A stretch of DNA of 64,000 bases from NCBI GenBank assembly GCA_963762565.1, contig CAVXLD010000012.1, forward strand, positions 384,001 to 448,000, written 5' to 3'. This DNA is from an uncultured Verrucomicrobiae bacterium (GTDB taxonomy: Bacteria > Verrucomicrobiota > Verrucomicrobiia > Chthoniobacterales > JAFAMB01). The position numbers were made by a program, and so were the translations under genes. The notes below the pieces were generated by a model. It did no database searches, was not told the DNA's origin, and worked only from the letters and a program-made list of their open reading frames with translations. Below, in pieces: positions 22,068 to 32,190 of this stretch (position 1 is the first letter of the stretch; every line of letters starts with the position of its first letter).

Positions 22068-22533
22068 ACGACCGGAGCCCAACGTTGGTGGGGCGAGGCT
22101 CCGGAGTGAGCTCAAACGCTGCGCAGGGGTCAATCATGTGGTGTCATTATATGAAGGGTTGGGCCGACACGCTCTCGTTGCGAATGGGCGAAACGGCGTA
22201 GGGGCGAAGGGGCGACGCCGAGAAAAAGCGATGGGACGGTAATAAGCTTCGAAAGCGCTGATAAGCATTTAGTTCGGCAGCCGCCGGATTAGGCCCAAGG
22301 ATTATGCAAGTAACAGGAACCAGTACCGAAGGCCCAAGAGAAATCGCCGTTCCGCCGATTCGCCCATTCGCCGTTTCGCAAACGGGTTGGCTGGTGAATC
22401 CTGGGTGTTGGCGAATCAGGGGCGGCGGCTCGGCAGCGAATCAGCCTTGCACACTTTCTCGTCGACATCCGCGGAAAGCCCTGGAATTACCAGCGCCCGT
22501 TCCGGAGCCTCGCCCCACCATTCTTGGGCTCCG
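22068..22533. repeat. Family H REP pair enclosing family L inverted repeats
   Basis: Perfect 20-bp IR TGGTGGGGCGAGGCTCCGGA at 22086-22105 and 22501-22520, with inner GGCGAA(T/A)-type arms. Confidence 0.82.
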
Positions 22534-22665
22534 ACAAACGCCGACACGCCGAACGCCAAACGCCCCACACGCGTTCATCCCGCCAAGCTCGTCATTTATC
22601 CGCTTTTTCCCGCGCCGGTCCTGAATCGCTGGCTTCGACGGAGTCGACGTCTTTCAGTGTTGGCT

Positions 22666-22941
22666 ATGAGACCTCCAGAGGCGCAGGCAATTTCGGGTGG
22701 CGGACCGGCGCGCGACCTTGACCGGCAAACGAGACCGAGCCGCACGAATTGGCTCCACGTCATAATGGCTGCAGCCGGAATTACCTTGGTTAGCTCGGTG
22801 GCCGGAGTACTCGCTTATAATTGGTATTTCGATACCACGCTTGTTGCCTTGTCATCCTCTTTGCAGCCGATTTCCAGCGCTTTCCATCAGCTCGGCGGTA
22901 GTCATTTGAGGCAACCGTCATCACCTACACCCGGAAATTGA
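22666..22941 (+). CDS. Hypothetical single-TM small protein (about 91 aa)
   Basis: ATG 22666, TM segment WLHVIMAAAGITLVSSVAGVLAY. The longer ORF start lies in repeats. Confidence 0.5.
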   Translation: MRPPEAQAISGGGPARDLDRQTRPSRTNWLHVIMAAAGITLVSSVAGVLAYNWYFDTTLVALSSSLQPISSAFHQLGGSHLRQPSSPTPGN

Positions 22942-23111
22942 TGCAACCTGTTATGAACGCTCTAGTAGAGTTCGATGAAAAAGAATTTTGGATCCAACTC
23001 TTCTCGATTGCGGTGCGACGAGAGGCGAGAACAGAAGATGAGGATACTCACTGGGATGATGCAGCGGATACCTGCTTTCAACAGGAAGGGGAACTTGGCG
23101 CTGTTCGCTAA
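22941..23111 (+). CDS. Hypothetical acidic 56-aa protein (below ORF-track cutoff)
   Basis: TGATG overlap with the upstream ORF; MQPVMNALVEFDEKEFWIQLFSIAVRRE...GAVR*. Confidence 0.45.
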   Translation: MQPVMNALVEFDEKEFWIQLFSIAVRREARTEDEDTHWDDAADTCFQQEGELGAVR

Positions 23112-23770
23112 ACGATTCTGTTATCCTTGACCGCTTCGTTCTTTTGTAGATTAAAATCTCTCGTCCGGGCGCTCGACTTTGCCCAGTACTTCGTGATCCG
23201 GACGGCCTGCAGAACGACCAGCCAAAGGAGCAGCCAGCGCGAGATGTACCAATGCCCTTTGCCGGCGATCGACTGGTGATAGATCAGGACCGCTGCCGCC
23301 ACGTAAGCTAGCCGATGCAGCCATTTCCAACGTTTGCTACCCAATCGGCGAACTGACCAGTTGTTGCTGGTCGCAGCTAATATCACCAGGATCGTTAGCC
23401 CAATGAGACCGAACCAGGTAAAGGGTTTGGTGAAACTCTGGAGCAGATCGTCCCAGTCGCCTTGGTAGAGTACATGACAGGAGAAATGGATTAATCCATA
23501 AATACAGGCTGAGACCCCGATATACCGTCGATGACGGTTCAAAGCGTTTACAATCGGGGAATGCGGAAAGAGTGCTCGCAACGGGCTTAAACTAAGGACG
23601 GCGCCCAAAGTCCAAATGGCAATTTCACCGGACACATGCAGGAGCCGATCAATCGGGTTAGCTCCAAGCTGGTCGGTCAGAGCGGGAACAACCAGAAACC
23701 AAACGCCCACGCCAACTAACACCGCGAGCGCGAAAAGCTTCTTGGATAAAATCCGAGCGATGACGTTCAT
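23108..23770 (-). CDS. msrQ: MsrQ (YedZ) heme-binding membrane subunit
   Basis: RRYIGVSA..Y..IH, LAATS and WKWLHRLAY; lies downstream of msrP. Confidence 0.88.
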   Translation of the reverse strand: MNVIARILSKKLFALAVLVGVGVWFLVVPALTDQLGANPIDRLLHVSGEIAIWTLGAVLSLSPLRALFPHSPIVNALNRHRRYIGVSACIYGLIHFSCHVLYQGDWDDLLQSFTKPFTWFGLIGLTILVILAATSNNWSVRRLGSKRWKWLHRLAYVAAAVLIYHQSIAGKGHWYISRWLLLWLVVLQAVRITKYWAKSSARTRDFNLQKNEAVKDNRIV

Positions 23771-24080
23771 GCCCGACTAGACCCAACCGCAAATGAGAAG
23801 CCCCAACCGCAGATGAACGCAGATGGACGCAGATAAAAAAACTGAACCGAGAATGGGCACAAAGGGATGCGAATCGATAATAACCGCGAATGCACGCGAA
23901 TTGACGCGAATGGAATCCTTTTTTGCTCCTTAGGGCCTCTGTAGAATTTCCGAAAGACGAATTTTGGGCAGACGAGATTTTTGGGCAAACAAAGCTCCAT
24001 TTAATTCGTGTCCATTCGCGGTCGATCCCTTTATCTGCGTGTATCTGCGTTCATCTGCGGTTGACTCTCCTCATTCGCGG

Positions 24081-25043
24081 TTAAAAGTTCTTCCTTAGGT
24101 CCAGTCCAGTGTACAGCGCGGCCACTTCCTTCTCGTAGCCGTTAAATTTCAGGGTTGGTTGTCTGCCTCCAAAGAAACCTGCGCCGATTACTCGCTCCGT
24201 TTTTTGGCTCCACCGAGGGTGATCGACCTCTGGGTTCACGTTTGCGTAGAAGCCGTACTCGTTAGGCGCCATTTCGTTCCAAAGCGTCTTTGGTTGATCG
24301 CTAACGAAATCGATTCGTGCGAGCGATTTCGCTCCTTTAAAGCCGTACTTCCACGGAACTACTAGCCGGATGGGTGCACCGTTCTGATTCAGCAACGGTT
24401 TTCCATAGATGCCGGTCGCCAGGAACGCCAGCTCATTGTTGGCCTCAGCCAAGGTCAAGCCTTCCGTATAAGGCCAAGGAAAATCCTGCGACTGTTGGCC
24501 CGGACAATTCTTCGGATCCAGAAACGAAGTGAACTTCAGAAACTTTGCTTCGGGCTTCGGTTGCGCCATGGACACTAACTTGGCCAAAGCAAAACCATCC
24601 CAGGGGATGACCATTGACCAAGCCTCTACACATCGGTGGCGGTAGTTTCTTTGCTCGATCCCACCGATAGTCTTTACCAGGTCATTGACATCATAGGTTC
24701 CTGGTTTCTCGCACAAGCCCCCAATCTGGATGGTCCAGGGTTCGGTTTTCCAACCGTGATTAGCATTCACTTTGGGATCGCCCTTATCGAGACCCCATTC
24801 ATAGAAATTGTTGTAACTAGTAACGTCGTCGTACGGCGTTAGCTTAACTCCAGCCAGAGCATACGTTTTATCTAGCGAATCGGGAAAACCAAAGCTAGCG
24901 CCACGGGCCAGAGCCGGAAACAAGGCGCCGGCAGCAACACCGAGACCAAACACGCGCAAAAATTGTCGCCTGCCAAGGTATTGAGACTCCGGTGTCACCG
25001 CAGAATCCGGCAGCTGCCACGAATGTTTTCTAATGATATGCAT
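24081..25043 (-). CDS. msrP: Protein-methionine-sulfoxide reductase catalytic subunit MsrP (YedY)
   Basis: Tat motif RRQFL, YNNFYE, HRCVEAWS, GAPIRLVVPWKYGFK and HPRWSQ. Confidence 0.96.
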   Translation of the reverse strand: MHIIRKHSWQLPDSAVTPESQYLGRRQFLRVFGLGVAAGALFPALARGASFGFPDSLDKTYALAGVKLTPYDDVTSYNNFYEWGLDKGDPKVNANHGWKTEPWTIQIGGLCEKPGTYDVNDLVKTIGGIEQRNYRHRCVEAWSMVIPWDGFALAKLVSMAQPKPEAKFLKFTSFLDPKNCPGQQSQDFPWPYTEGLTLAEANNELAFLATGIYGKPLLNQNGAPIRLVVPWKYGFKGAKSLARIDFVSDQPKTLWNEMAPNEYGFYANVNPEVDHPRWSQKTERVIGAGFFGGRQPTLKFNGYEKEVAALYTGLDLRKNF

Positions 25044-25110
25044 GTGAATCTTCTAAAAGTTTGAGATGCCGAAGCGCCTCGATATTCCCTCGCGTCTCAG
25101 GTCCATGACG

Positions 25111-25410
25111 TGCGAGGCCGAGGGGTCGCCCCCGTGGAGCGCGCCTCGCTTGCGAGGCCGAAGGGGTCGCCACCCGTGGAGCGCGCCTCGCTTGCGAGGC
25201 CGAGGGGTCGCCACCCGTGGAGCGCGCCTCGCTTGCGAGGCCGAGGTGAGCAGGGCCGACGATGGTGCGGCCCTGTCCACTTGCTGCGCTCTTTTGTGTG
25301 TCCTGTTTGAAGAGCCAGAAATCGCGAGATAGAGCGCTGAATGGATAGGGCGCTACTGCACGATATCCCTTGCTCACCACGGCCTCGCAAGCGAGGCAGC
25401 GCTCCACGGT
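25111..25410. repeat. Family A element with left arm tandemly triplicated
   Basis: Units of 40, 42 and 41 nt at 25111, 25151 and 25193, followed by the core and the inverted arm. Confidence 0.88.
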
Positions 25411-25560
25411 CTCCGACCGAATTATCCACGCCCTCTCACTTCTTCCAACGCAGCCGCAAGTTCACGAACACCGCGTCGAATCTCGTTGGCACTAGTGGCA
25501 GCAAACCCAAGTTGTAATCCTTTTCGGTCCGGCCGGCCGCGGTCATACCAGCTGAGCGGA

Positions 25561-25978
25561 ATGACCTCCACCTGTCGAGCAGTTGCAGCTTTAGCCGCAG
25601 CCTCGTCGTCAATCTGCTGTCGCTGCTCGGTTTGGTCTCTGGGGAGACAATACCGGTCCCGACAGCTTCCAGCATTTTGTGGAATACACCGCGCAGGTTA
25701 ATTCCTTTATGCCGGCGTTCACGATTCCGTTTCTGGCTTGGGCTGCCACGGTCGCAGAGACCTTTCTCGGTATTACCTTGATTCTAGGAATTTGGACTCG
25801 CTTCATGGCACTCGCCGCCGCGGGGTTGCTGGTCTTGTTTGGCACCGCCATGGCGGTTTCGTTCGGTATCAAATCACCAGTAGACTATTCAGTGTTTTCC
25901 GCGTCCGCCGGAGCATTGCTATTAGCGATGTGCCAGATTCGAAAGGGGGAGGCTAAACCCAGGCTGGCACACGGATAG
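25561..25978 (+). pseudogene. DoxX-family membrane protein with broken 5' frame
   Basis: SAVAARFGLWG..YTAQVNSF..AWAATVAE..DYSVF. That frame is closed by TAG at 25592, while ATG 25561 (..AALAAA) is in another frame. Confidence 0.6.
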
Positions 25979-26010
25979 CGAGGGGTGATTTTGCGACCGT
26001 GGGCGAGTCC

Positions 26011-26231
26011 CTGGAGGGGAGCCGCTTTGTAGGTTTTTCAGGTCTGTAGGTAGGCAGCAGGCGGCTCCCGGGAACGGCCGTTGATTTGCCATGGTCTATA
26101 ATTTTCCCGAACGCCTTCGATGCGGATCTTGTTGCCGAGGCGTTGGACCAAAGGGAACACACTGGGTAATTCCCGGGAGCCGCCTGATGCATACTTATAG
26201 AGCTGCTAACCTGCAAAGCGGCTCCCCTCCA
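26011..26231. repeat. Family B element
   Basis: Same four arms. Confidence 0.9.
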
Positions 26232-26320
26232 CGCCGGGGCCTCCGCTTGCACGCTCCCGGCGTTCCCGTCGCTCCCGGCGTTGACGACGTTTCCCAAGCG
26301 GGCCCATATTCGTCTCATCC

Positions 26321-27748
26321 ATGAAGGATCAATTTCTCTCCAGGAACTTCCTCTTATCCACGCCGACGAGTGAAAAGCTATATTTCCAGTTTGCGCAGGA
26401 TCTCCCCATATTCGACTATCATTGCCATATCCCGCCCGGCGAAATCGCTCAGAACCGGCGTTTCGAAAATTTGACGAAAATCTGGTTAAACGACGGTAAG
26501 TACGGGGATCACTACAAATGGCGGGCGATGCGAGCGCATGGAGTGCCTGAACGTTACATCACCGGCGACGCCAGCGATTACGACAAATTCCTCGCATATG
26601 CCAAGACGGTTCCTGCCACGATCCGCAACCCGCTCTATCATTGGACGCACCTCGAGTTGCGACGCTATTTCGATATTACCGAGCTTCTCGATGAATCCTC
26701 TGCTCCCCGGATCTGGCAACAAGCGAACGAGCGCCTGAAAGATCTCAGCGCCCAACGAATCATCCAAAAATTCAGGGTCTCGGTGATCTGTACCACGGAT
26801 GATCCGACGGATGATTTGGAGCACCATCAAACGATCAGACGCAGCGGTTTATCAGCGCGGGTCTACCCTGCCTTTCGCCCTGACAAAGCATTTGCCGTCG
26901 ATCAGGTCGAATCCTTTAATCAATGGACCGACCGGCTGGCAAAACTTAGCGGCTCTGCCTGTCGCGACTTATCTGAGTTCACAGACGCTTTGCGAAAGCG
27001 GCATCGTTTCTTTGGCGGGCAGGGTGCGAAATTGTCCGATCACGGTATCCCGTATTGTTATTCTGCGACGTGCGATGAATCCGAGGCCGGCGCCATCTAC
27101 GGGAAAGTCCGATCGGGAACTACGCCAAACGAGAACGAAACGCTTAAGTTCAGAAGTTACCTGTTACGGTTTTTTGGCGAACTAGATGCGGAGGCAGACT
27201 GGACAAAGCAGTTGCACCTCGGAGCGCTTCGCAACACGAACAGCCGAGCGTTCAAAGATCTTGGACCTGACGCCGGGTTCGACTCAATTGGTGATTGGCC
27301 CCAAGCGGAGCCGCTAGTCCGGTACCTCGACCAGTTGGAGTCCGCGGGAAAACTGCCGAGGATGATCGTCTATAATCTGAATCCGAACGATAATTATCTT
27401 CTGGCAACGATGGTGGGCAACTTTCAAAGCGGTCCGACTCCAGGCAAACTCCAGTTCGGGACGGGTTGGTGGTTTCTGGATCAGAAAGAGGCCATCGAAT
27501 GGCAATTGAATGCGCTATCGAATTGCGGGCTGTTGACCCATTTTGTTGGCATGTTGACTGACTCCCGCAGTTTCATGTCGTATCCGCGCCACGAATATTT
27601 TCGGCGAGTCTTGTGCGATGTCCTAGGCCGGGAAGTCGAGCGAGGCGAGATTCCGAATGATGAAGGTTTGTTAGCTAATTTGGTCACAGGAATCTGCTTC
27701 GATAACGCGAAGCGGTATTTCGGTTTGGAGTGTGGGGAAGGGCGGTGA
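26321..27748 (+). CDS. uxaC: Glucuronate isomerase
   Basis: DYHCH, DHYKWRAMR, NPLYHWTHLEL, WWFLDQ and GMLTDSRSFMSYPRHEYFRR. Confidence 0.97.
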   Translation: MKDQFLSRNFLLSTPTSEKLYFQFAQDLPIFDYHCHIPPGEIAQNRRFENLTKIWLNDGKYGDHYKWRAMRAHGVPERYITGDASDYDKFLAYAKTVPATIRNPLYHWTHLELRRYFDITELLDESSAPRIWQQANERLKDLSAQRIIQKFRVSVICTTDDPTDDLEHHQTIRRSGLSARVYPAFRPDKAFAVDQVESFNQWTDRLAKLSGSACRDLSEFTDALRKRHRFFGGQGAKLSDHGIPYCYSATCDESEAGAIYGKVRSGTTPNENETLKFRSYLLRFFGELDAEADWTKQLHLGALRNTNSRAFKDLGPDAGFDSIGDWPQAEPLVRYLDQLESAGKLPRMIVYNLNPNDNYLLATMVGNFQSGPTPGKLQFGTGWWFLDQKEAIEWQLNALSNCGLLTHFVGMLTDSRSFMSYPRHEYFRRVLCDVLGREVERGEIPNDEGLLANLVTGICFDNAKRYFGLECGEGR

Positions 27749-27756
27749 CGCCGCCT

Positions 27757-27972
27757 TTGGTGGGGCGAGGCTCCCGAAGAGCGCGACGATAGACCAAGGG
27801 TGTACCGTGCGAACGTCGAGAGATGAATGAGCAAGGCCGACAGACGCGCCGAGCCGTGGCCCACGGTGGCCCACGGCTCGGCGTGATTCTAGGCGTAACA
27901 GCGCGATCCGGGCAGGCGTTGCCGAACGCTTCGTTCGAACCGTTGGGCCATTCGGGAGCCTCGCCCTACCAA
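27757..27972. repeat. Family H REP pair with inner perfect 13-bp hairpin
   Basis: TTGGTGGGGCGAGGCTCCCGAA and TTCGGGAGCCTCGCCCTACCAA, enclosing CGCCGAGCCGTGG..CCACGGCTCGGCG. Confidence 0.85.
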
Positions 27973-28015
27973 ATCGAGGACGAGGACGACGGAAGAGACG
28001 ATAGCGCGCTCGCCG

Positions 28016-28603
28016 CTACCCCACCAACCGTTCATACGCCTTAACATCATCCACATCGCGAACGACGTGATCATTCTCCATCTCTAACGCGTAAACCTTC
28101 TCTGGGTAACGTTTGATAACGCCTTTGCAACCAACATCACCGACGATACCCAAGATCGCCACCCTCAGCGATGCATCTAAAATCACCGGGTTGCCGCGTT
28201 CTCCTTTGAAGAAGGGGACCACAATGCTTTTATTCACTTTCTTGGCGTCAGCAAAGGCCGCGACGATCTGGTTAACGTCCGCTGGTTCAAGCAAGGGTTG
28301 ATCGGCTAAACAGATCATGATGCCATCAGCGTCCGGCGAAACAGCGTCAACCCCGGTTCGGACTGATGTGCTGAGACCCTCCCGATAGTCCGGATTATGA
28401 ACGAGCCGGACCGGTTTACCCTGGAGTTCAGCCCGCACCTTCTCGATTTCATGTCCTAACACCACAATTACTTCATCGATCTTTGAGGCTAGCAAGGTGT
28501 CGACAAGGCGAGCGATCAGAGGTTTATCTTTGAAGTTGAGGAGCAACTTGTTCCGCCCCATCCGGGTCGACAAACCAGCAGCCAGGACAACAGCGGAGAC
28601 CAT
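28016..28603 (-). CDS. mocA: Molybdenum cofactor cytidylyltransferase-like NTP transferase
   Basis: LAAGLSTRMG..KLL, LADQP, GNPV and GDVG; last gene of the cox cluster, with TGATG coupling. Confidence 0.8.
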   Translation of the reverse strand: MVSAVVLAAGLSTRMGRNKLLLNFKDKPLIARLVDTLLASKIDEVIVVLGHEIEKVRAELQGKPVRLVHNPDYREGLSTSVRTGVDAVSPDADGIMICLADQPLLEPADVNQIVAAFADAKKVNKSIVVPFFKGERGNPVILDASLRVAILGIVGDVGCKGVIKRYPEKVYALEMENDHVVRDVDDVKAYERLVG

Positions 28604-29478
28604 CAGTGCGCCTTGGATTCGCTCGACACCGATGCCGGAAGCGTGGGCCCCTTTAGTTCGTGATCGGGATTATCGAGGTTCGACTCGAGTAGGCGGACTT
28701 CCGCACTTTCGGCCATCGGCCGGCCTGAGCCGCCGCGCCGAACGGCCACGACTTCGCTCATGATGCTCAATGCGATTTCTTCCGGGGTCTGCGCACCAAT
28801 GCTTAACCCGGCAGGCGAACGTACCTTGGCCACCTCGTCCCGCGGCATACCGGCAGCCTCGAGGTATTCAAATATCAACTGGGATCGGGTCCGGCTAGCA
28901 ACCAAAGCGACGTAAGCAGATTGGCTATCGATCGCTTTCTTAAGTGACAAATGATCTCCTTTGTGATGAGTGGCGACCACCACATAAGAGGCGGGCTTTA
29001 GTTCGACCTCAGCCGAAGTTAATCCCGTAGAAAAAACGTGCTCGGCGGTTGGGAAAGCTGAGGGAGTAGCGCCAGGATCAGCGACGGTCACAGCGAAACC
29101 GAGCAAATGACCGAGCTGAGCCAAGCTTTCGGCGATCCGGCCGTGACCCGCAATGACCAGGTCAGGTTTTGGCAAGACTGGTTCAATCGCCACCTGCATC
29201 ATTCCGCCGCATGGCATTCCGAAAACCTCGTCGGTCAAATCGACGTTAATAACCCTGACTTTGCCGTCGCTCATACTTTCCAGAGCTTCGTGACAGACCG
29301 TGCTTTCCGCACATCCGCCACCGACCCATCCAAGCACCACCCGGCCATCCGTGTCTACAATAACTTTCGAGCCCGGTTTAGCGGACCCTGATCCTTGCAC
29401 GCTGATGACAGTTGCAATCGCAAACGGCTCGCCGCGCGATTTCAGCTCGTGTGCAGTTCCAAAAACATCGTCAAACAT
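28603..29478 (-). CDS. XdhC/CoxI-CoxF family Moco maturation protein
   Basis: GWVGGGCAE, MPCGG and SPAGLSIGAQTPEEIALSI. Confidence 0.9.
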   Translation of the reverse strand: MFDDVFGTAHELKSRGEPFAIATVISVQGSGSAKPGSKVIVDTDGRVVLGWVGGGCAESTVCHEALESMSDGKVRVINVDLTDEVFGMPCGGMMQVAIEPVLPKPDLVIAGHGRIAESLAQLGHLLGFAVTVADPGATPSAFPTAEHVFSTGLTSAEVELKPASYVVVATHHKGDHLSLKKAIDSQSAYVALVASRTRSQLIFEYLEAAGMPRDEVAKVRSPAGLSIGAQTPEEIALSIMSEVVAVRRGGSGRPMAESAEVRLLESNLDNPDHELKGPTLPASVSSESKAH

Positions 29479-29589
29479 GCTCAATAAAAAGGATGCACCG
29501 GTCCGACCGGCTCACAAGTGCTATTGCATATGCTCCGCTCCTCGCGCCTTGCCGGCGGCCCATTTTGATCGCAACGAAAGCCACGCTAT

Positions 29590-30579
29590 TCATGGGACAG
29601 GACACTTAGCTAGATAGTTTTCCGGGTGGAGATCAAACTCTTGTTTGCAGCCGGAGCAGCAGAAGTAATACGTCTCACCACGATACTCAGAAACGTACCT
29701 GGTCGTTCCCGGCTCCACCGACATTCCGCACACTGGGTCAAGGGATTTTGGCGGAGCCTCTTGGTTGGGTGAGGCAATGTTCTCGTCGCTGGGTACTGCT
29801 TCCGTTTTGCTGACCAAGACGATTTCAGCCAGAATACTCAATGCGATTTCTTGGGGAGACAATCCACCGAGACGCAACCCCGCCGGTGCTCGGATGCGGC
29901 TAAGCTTTTCCTGCGGAATCCCTTTCCGAGCCAGCAAATCGAAAACTTTGTGCGACTTAACGTCACTAGCTACAAAAGAGATGTAGGGAACATTCGTGCG
30001 GCAAGCTAGCTCCAGCGCCTCTTCATCCTGTTCTCCTTGAGTGGACACCACGATAAACGTTGAAGGAGCGAGGTCGCCCGGCGCTAATTCCAGCTCTTGT
30101 TTAGAAGAGTCCGCGTCCGGAAAAATTTCGGGTCCGGCTCCCGGCGCCATAACCATGATCCGATAGCCGATGGCTTTACCCAAACTGCATAAGGCCTGGG
30201 CAACCGCTGAACGGCCAAGAATTAAAATCTGCGGCTTAGCGAGAACTGGTTCGATATAAATGTCCAAAGCGCCTCCGCCATGACACGTCATGGTGTAACT
30301 GACCGTTCCCGCCTCCGGTTCCGTGGTAGGGGACGGCGTCACTCGAACTAACCTTGGCTTTCCATCAGCGATCGCTTTCAACGCCTCTCGCACCACCAAC
30401 GGCTGGACGCATCCACCTCCGATCCATCCCCAAATGCTACCGTCATTTCCGATGATGGCCTTGTCTCCCGGTTTACCCGAAACCGGTGGCAAGCATCTTA
30501 CTACCACCGCTGTCGCAAAAGGCTGTTCTCGCGAACGTAACCCGGCAGCTCGACTTAAGAACTCGTCGAACATTTTCAT
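29590..30579 (-). CDS. XdhC/CoxF family protein fused to C-terminal YHS domain
   Basis: GWIGGGCV, MTCHGGG and APAGL..PQEIALSI, then DPVCGM...YYFCCSGCKQEF. Confidence 0.9.
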   Translation of the reverse strand: MKMFDEFLSRAAGLRSREQPFATAVVVRCLPPVSGKPGDKAIIGNDGSIWGWIGGGCVQPLVVREALKAIADGKPRLVRVTPSPTTEPEAGTVSYTMTCHGGGALDIYIEPVLAKPQILILGRSAVAQALCSLGKAIGYRIMVMAPGAGPEIFPDADSSKQELELAPGDLAPSTFIVVSTQGEQDEEALELACRTNVPYISFVASDVKSHKVFDLLARKGIPQEKLSRIRAPAGLRLGGLSPQEIALSILAEIVLVSKTEAVPSDENIASPNQEAPPKSLDPVCGMSVEPGTTRYVSEYRGETYYFCCSGCKQEFDLHPENYLAKCPVP

Positions 30580-31733
30580 CTAAGCCACCTTAAGATGCCT
30601 CTCTAACTGCAGAAGACTGTTTAAGTTATGGGCGGGAGCAAAAACGTCAATATAAGGCAGTGCTGCGCTCATTCCTCGCGTTACCGGTTCGTAACCCGGA
30701 AGCCCTAGCAACGGGTTAAGCCAGATCAGTTGCCTGATCTTGCCCTTAATTTTTTGAAGCTCATTCACCAAGCCGTCTGGTGCTTCGGTATCCCACCCAT
30801 CACTCAGGATGATGACGGCAGTATGTCTGGCCAGCAGTTTAACACCGAACAGCTGGTTGAACTCCCTCAAGGAGGCTCCGATTCGAGTACCGCCATACCA
30901 ACCTGTTATTGTGTCCGAAAGTCTTTCTAAAACCTCGGGCCAGGACTTAGCGTTTAGTGCTTCGCTGATATCAATGAGCTTGGTGCTGAAAACGAAGGGG
31001 ACGACTTCGCGAGAGCATCTCTTCAACGCATAGGCAAATTTCAACAGGAACAGGCTGTACGGATTCATCGAATCGCTGACATCCAATAGCAGAACCAGCT
31101 TTGTCCGCTGCCGGCGCCGCGTTCGATAGCACAATTCCACTAATTCCCCGCCATGTACCAAGTTCCGGCGGATGGTTCTGCGCAAATCGACAACACCAAG
31201 GCGATCGCTGATTTGCAGGCGTCTTGATAGCCGGTAGGACATTCGCCGCAGAAGCCGGAGCGATAACCGTTCGAGTTCTGCTAAGTCCTCTTGCGGGATC
31301 AGTGCAAAATCGGTTTTTGTCAGCCGTTCGATCAAACTGGCGCCGGAGGTCGCTTTGTCCGGATCCGACTCATCCAAGTTCAAGCTTTCGGCGTTGGTGA
31401 AAAGCTTTAACACGTCGTTCCCACGGCCGAATCCCTGACTGGAGAACCGGTTCTTACCCGACTTTTTTGGCGATGGCTTGGTTGGCGCCGGCCCCTCCCA
31501 AACTAAGGCGAAGAGTTTAGCAAACAGATCCCAGTCACTCTTCGAAGAACAGAGCACCGCTCTGAGTGCGTCCTCGATTGCGGCTGCTCCTTCGGTTTGC
31601 ACGATCCGTGAGCGCCTTGCAAGCAGTCGAGCGTCGTTCTGCCGGAACCTAAGCCGTTCGCGCGAGCACAACGGCAAAAGCGCACCACTGCTCGTTCTAG
31701 GTTGTCCGCATCGTTAGTCGGTTCGGCGCTCAT
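30580..31733 (-). CDS. coxE: CoxE-like VWA domain protein, frame break near 31605-31620
   Basis: DLRRTIR, LLDVSDSM, GGTRIG, ILSDG and WLNPL. The N-terminus (MSAEP..RAVVRFCRCARANGL) is in another frame. Confidence 0.85.
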
Positions 31734-31741
31734 GCGTTCTT

Positions 31742-32162
31742 TCGTACTCGTCCTCGTCGTCGTCCTCGAAACGGTTGGCACGTTGATAAGGGGTGTATTT
31801 GCCCAACGTCTGGAGGGGAGCCGCTTTGGCGCGCATCTCGCCACCCTCGCTCCGTTCGCATCAAAACCAATCCAGCCGAAACATGCGAAATATCAGGCGG
31901 CTCCCGGGAACAACCCAGCGTGATGCATTTACCCTTCGCCTTGGGATCTTGTTTGCGCCTCACCGATAGAGCTGCCAACCGGTGGGTCGTTCCCGGGAGC
32001 CGCCTGTTGCGATATTTTCTCGCCAGCTGAAACGCTGAAACAAATAACGCGAAGTCATGAGGTACATGGCAAAGCGGCTCCCCTCCGGGCCTTGGGCAAA
32101 TACACGCCTTATCAACGTGCCAACCGTTTCGAGGACGAGGACGACGACGAGGACGAGAACGA
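31742..32162. repeat. Family B element nested inside family G arms (about 420-bp palindrome)
   Basis: Near-perfect inverted arms of about 85 bp (TCGTCCTCG... / ...CGAGGACGA) around the B core at 31810-32087. Confidence 0.9.
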
Positions 32163-32190
32163 TTCAGCTGGCAGCATTGCTGGTCGCTCA

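Noticed and set aside
25111..25246. Possible CRISPR array
   Set aside because: The 40-42-nt units are head-to-tail with no unique spacers, no cas genes are present, and the unit equals the family A arm.
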